Assembly: GCA_016930315.1 (NCBI GenBank)
Contig: JAFGGX010000022.1
Coordinates: forward strand, 1-15,364
Direction of reading: 5' to 3'
Length of the DNA stretch: 15,364 nucleotides
From: Candidatus Buchananbacteria bacterium
Lineage (GTDB): Bacteria > Patescibacteriota > Patescibacteriia > Buchananbacterales > UBA6539
Position numbers and translations under genes: made by a program. Every line of letters starts with the position of its first letter. Positions within the stretch are counted from its first letter, which is position 1. The notes under the pieces are model-generated. The model did not search any database, was not told the DNA's origin, and worked only from the letters and a program-made list of their open reading frames with translations. Positions 13,607 through 15,364 of the stretch are shown here, one piece after another.

Positions 13607-13762
13607 ATGAGCTTGATTAATTTAGGGTTGGTTCTTATAGTGGGACTAAATTTTGGTTTAGCATTTTTGATTTGGTCAATTAACAAAAAAAATAAGATTA
13701 GTATTTCTTTTTCTTTGCCAATGATTGTAATTTTGGCTTGGTTTGTTTTGAATAAAAAATAA
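13607..13762 (+). pseudogene. Truncated copy or fragment of the 7TM paralog family (51 codons; first two helices only)
   Basis: MSLINLGLVLIVGLNFGLAFLIWSINKKNKISISFSLPMIVILAWFVLNKK mirrors the TM1-KN-TM2(W) N-terminus of the neighbouring genes and then stops. It may instead be a genuine small protein. Confidence 0.3.
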
Positions 13763-13766
13763 TTTT

Positions 13767-14447
13767 ATGAGGTATTTTTATATAACGCTTTTAGCTCTAA
13801 ATGCGCCTATTGCTATTCTAAGTTTTATTTTTTCTTGGATCATTTTAAAAAATTGGAAAAGCAAAGTTTATTTTAATTTTGGGATGTCTGCTTTATTTTT
13901 GGGTCTATGGCTTTCCGCTTCTGAGATAATGTATCTCGATTTAAATTTTTTGCCTAGGATTTTTATAGTAGATTTAACTTTTTTGTTTGGGATTTGGATT
14001 TTGCATTATTTTTATATTTTTACTTATTATTTTCCATTTCAAAGAGTCGAAATCAGGTGGCAAGAAAAATTCATATATTTTTTGACTATTTTGATATCTG
14101 TAAGCATATTTATTCCTAGTTTATATGCTCGTTCCGCAGATTTAGATTTTCCGTTTCTTTTTGTTAATATAAATAAAATCGGCCTTTCAATTTTTGTGGC
14201 CTATTTTGTTTTATTAATTGTTCTGTCATTAAAAAATTTGTTGTCAAAATATTTTATCAGTGATGGAATACACAAAATAAATTTAAAAAAAGTAATAGTG
14301 GGCACGACGCTGGCTTTGATTGTAAATTTATTTTTTAGCATGTCTATTTATTTTTTTACAGAGTTTGATACTAATGTTGTTGGTGCTTTTTTTACTTTGG
14401 GCGTAATAATTTATATTTATTTAATTTTATTTCCCAGAGATATTTGA
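13767..14447 (+). CDS. Polytopic membrane protein, paralog 3 of 3 (7TM sensor-like, stand-alone)
   Basis: The 226-aa product contains the motif ILHYFYIFTYYFPFQRVE. Unlike the other two paralogs it has no Cys. Confidence 0.6.
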   Translation: MRYFYITLLALNAPIAILSFIFSWIILKNWKSKVYFNFGMSALFLGLWLSASEIMYLDLNFLPRIFIVDLTFLFGIWILHYFYIFTYYFPFQRVEIRWQEKFIYFLTILISVSIFIPSLYARSADLDFPFLFVNINKIGLSIFVAYFVLLIVLSLKNLLSKYFISDGIHKINLKKVIVGTTLALIVNLFFSMSIYFFTEFDTNVVGAFFTLGVIIYIYLILFPRDI

Positions 14448-14454
14448 AATCTTT

Positions 14455-15165
14455 ATGTTAGATAAAAAATTTTGGAAAAAATACTTTACGGTTTATGATG
14501 TTCTTAATATTGTTATACCTTATAAAGAATTAATGTCTACAATTTGTGATAAAGCGGACGTAAAAAAGGGCGATTTGATATTAGATGCTGGGTCAGGCAC
14601 TGGCAATTTATCTTTGGAATTAGTACATCGTGGCGCTACCGTGTATGCTACTGATTTCATAAAGGAGGGGCTGGATATATATAAGGAGAAAAATCAAAAT
14701 GCAATAGCAATTCAGCATGATTTAACCGAAAGACTGCCATTCCCTGATGATTTTTTTGATAAAATTGTATCTAATAACGTTTTGTATTCTGTGAGCAAAA
14801 AAGATAGGAGATTTGTCATATCTGAATTATATCGTGTGTTAAAACCAGGCGGTAAGATTGTCATTTCTAATATAAAAAGTGGTTGGAGTCCATATCGCAT
14901 TTATCTCAGTCATTTAGTAAAAGAATATAATAATTCTGGGCCGTTTATTTTATTGGTAAGAATTGTAAGATTTATTTTTCCTACTATGATGATGTTTTTA
15001 TATAATGCTAAAATCAAGAGAGATTCTGGGGCTGGCGGTGGTTATAATTTTTTTGAGTCAGGAGAACAGAGGAATTTGTTAATTAATGGAAATTTTAGGC
15101 GTGTGTCAGAAGATGTGGAAGTCTATGCAGATCAAGCGATATTGAATACTGGTTTTAAAATTTAA
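14455..15165 (+). CDS. Class I SAM-dependent methyltransferase
   Basis: Motif I is LDAGSGTGNLS, post-I is VYATDF and motif II/III is LKPGGKIVISN. Confidence 0.8.
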   Translation: MLDKKFWKKYFTVYDVLNIVIPYKELMSTICDKADVKKGDLILDAGSGTGNLSLELVHRGATVYATDFIKEGLDIYKEKNQNAIAIQHDLTERLPFPDDFFDKIVSNNVLYSVSKKDRRFVISELYRVLKPGGKIVISNIKSGWSPYRIYLSHLVKEYNNSGPFILLVRIVRFIFPTMMMFLYNAKIKRDSGAGGGYNFFESGEQRNLLINGNFRRVSEDVEVYADQAILNTGFKI

Positions 15166-15174
15166 TTTCTATAT

Positions 15175-15364
15175 ATGAAAGAAATGTTAAGAATTTATTT
15201 AGGTGATTGTAAGGACAAATATGTATCATTTGGCATGCCAGATAGTCAGGCGGAGCTGAATGAAATGTTTTCTCTTAGATATAAAGCATATTCTAGAAAA
15301 TTTTTTATAGAAGAAAATAATCTTGGTTTAGACATCGATCACTATGATGAAATTGGCGCATGCC
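15175..15364 (+). CDS. Partial ORF running off the window end; N-terminus weakly reminiscent of GNAT-fold N-acyl amino acid synthases or LuxI-like acyltransferases
   Basis: MKEMLRIYLGDCKDKYVSFGMPDSQAELNEMFSLRYKAYSRKFFIEENNLGLDIDHYDEIGAC contains an L-R-Y-K-x-(Y/F) stretch similar to the LRY.VF motif that opens those families. Only 63 codons are visible. Confidence 0.3.
   Translation, partial: MKEMLRIYLGDCKDKYVSFGMPDSQAELNEMFSLRYKAYSRKFFIEENNLGLDIDHYDEIGAC

Noticed and set aside
12608-14900. Minus-strand ORFs 12608..12802, 12911..13174 and 14712..14900
   Set aside because: They are antisense to the well-formed plus-strand operon and give Lys-rich translations typical of AT-rich antisense frames.

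Overview
This window reads as a low-GC, small-genome bacterial chromosome segment; the 16S type and the weak or absent Shine-Dalgarno sites suggest a Candidate Phyla Radiation (CPR)/Patescibacteria-like organism. It carries two GC-rich, strongly SD-bearing, self-contained cassettes that look horizontally acquired. Left to right: (i) a partial 16S rRNA gene on the minus strand (1..~924) with a leader full of palindromes and tandem repeats and a consensus-like upstream promoter; (ii) core genes trmD (-), a polyprenol-kinase-like membrane protein (+), a YdeN-type alpha/beta hydrolase (-), a KH-domain protein (-) and ribosomal protein S16 (-), with a highly structured GC-rich spacer at 3480-3843 that may hold an unidentified ncRNA; (iii) a GC-rich about 600-nt unit (5115-5767) on the plus strand with its own promoter and terminator, encoding an unfamiliar 117-aa protein or a structured RNA; (iv) a short, apparently hinge-less SMC-family ATPase (-); (v) a GC-rich island at about 8129-12060 with an NfeD-like gene, a flotillin (SPFH) gene and two small membrane-protein genes, built from terminator-promoter modules, the NfeD-flotillin pair being bracketed by perfect 25-bp direct repeats; (vi) an extremely AT-rich cluster of three tandem paralogous polytopic membrane proteins resembling the N-terminal 7TM sensor region of histidine kinases but lacking any output domain, plus a truncated fourth copy, followed by a class I SAM methyltransferase and a partial gene that may encode a GNAT or LuxI-like N-acyltransferase. 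No CRISPR array, transposase or tRNA was recognised. The flotillin island and the stand-alone 7TM paralog cluster with its methyltransferase and acyltransferase are the most promising candidates for an undescribed system; both functional readings are inference.
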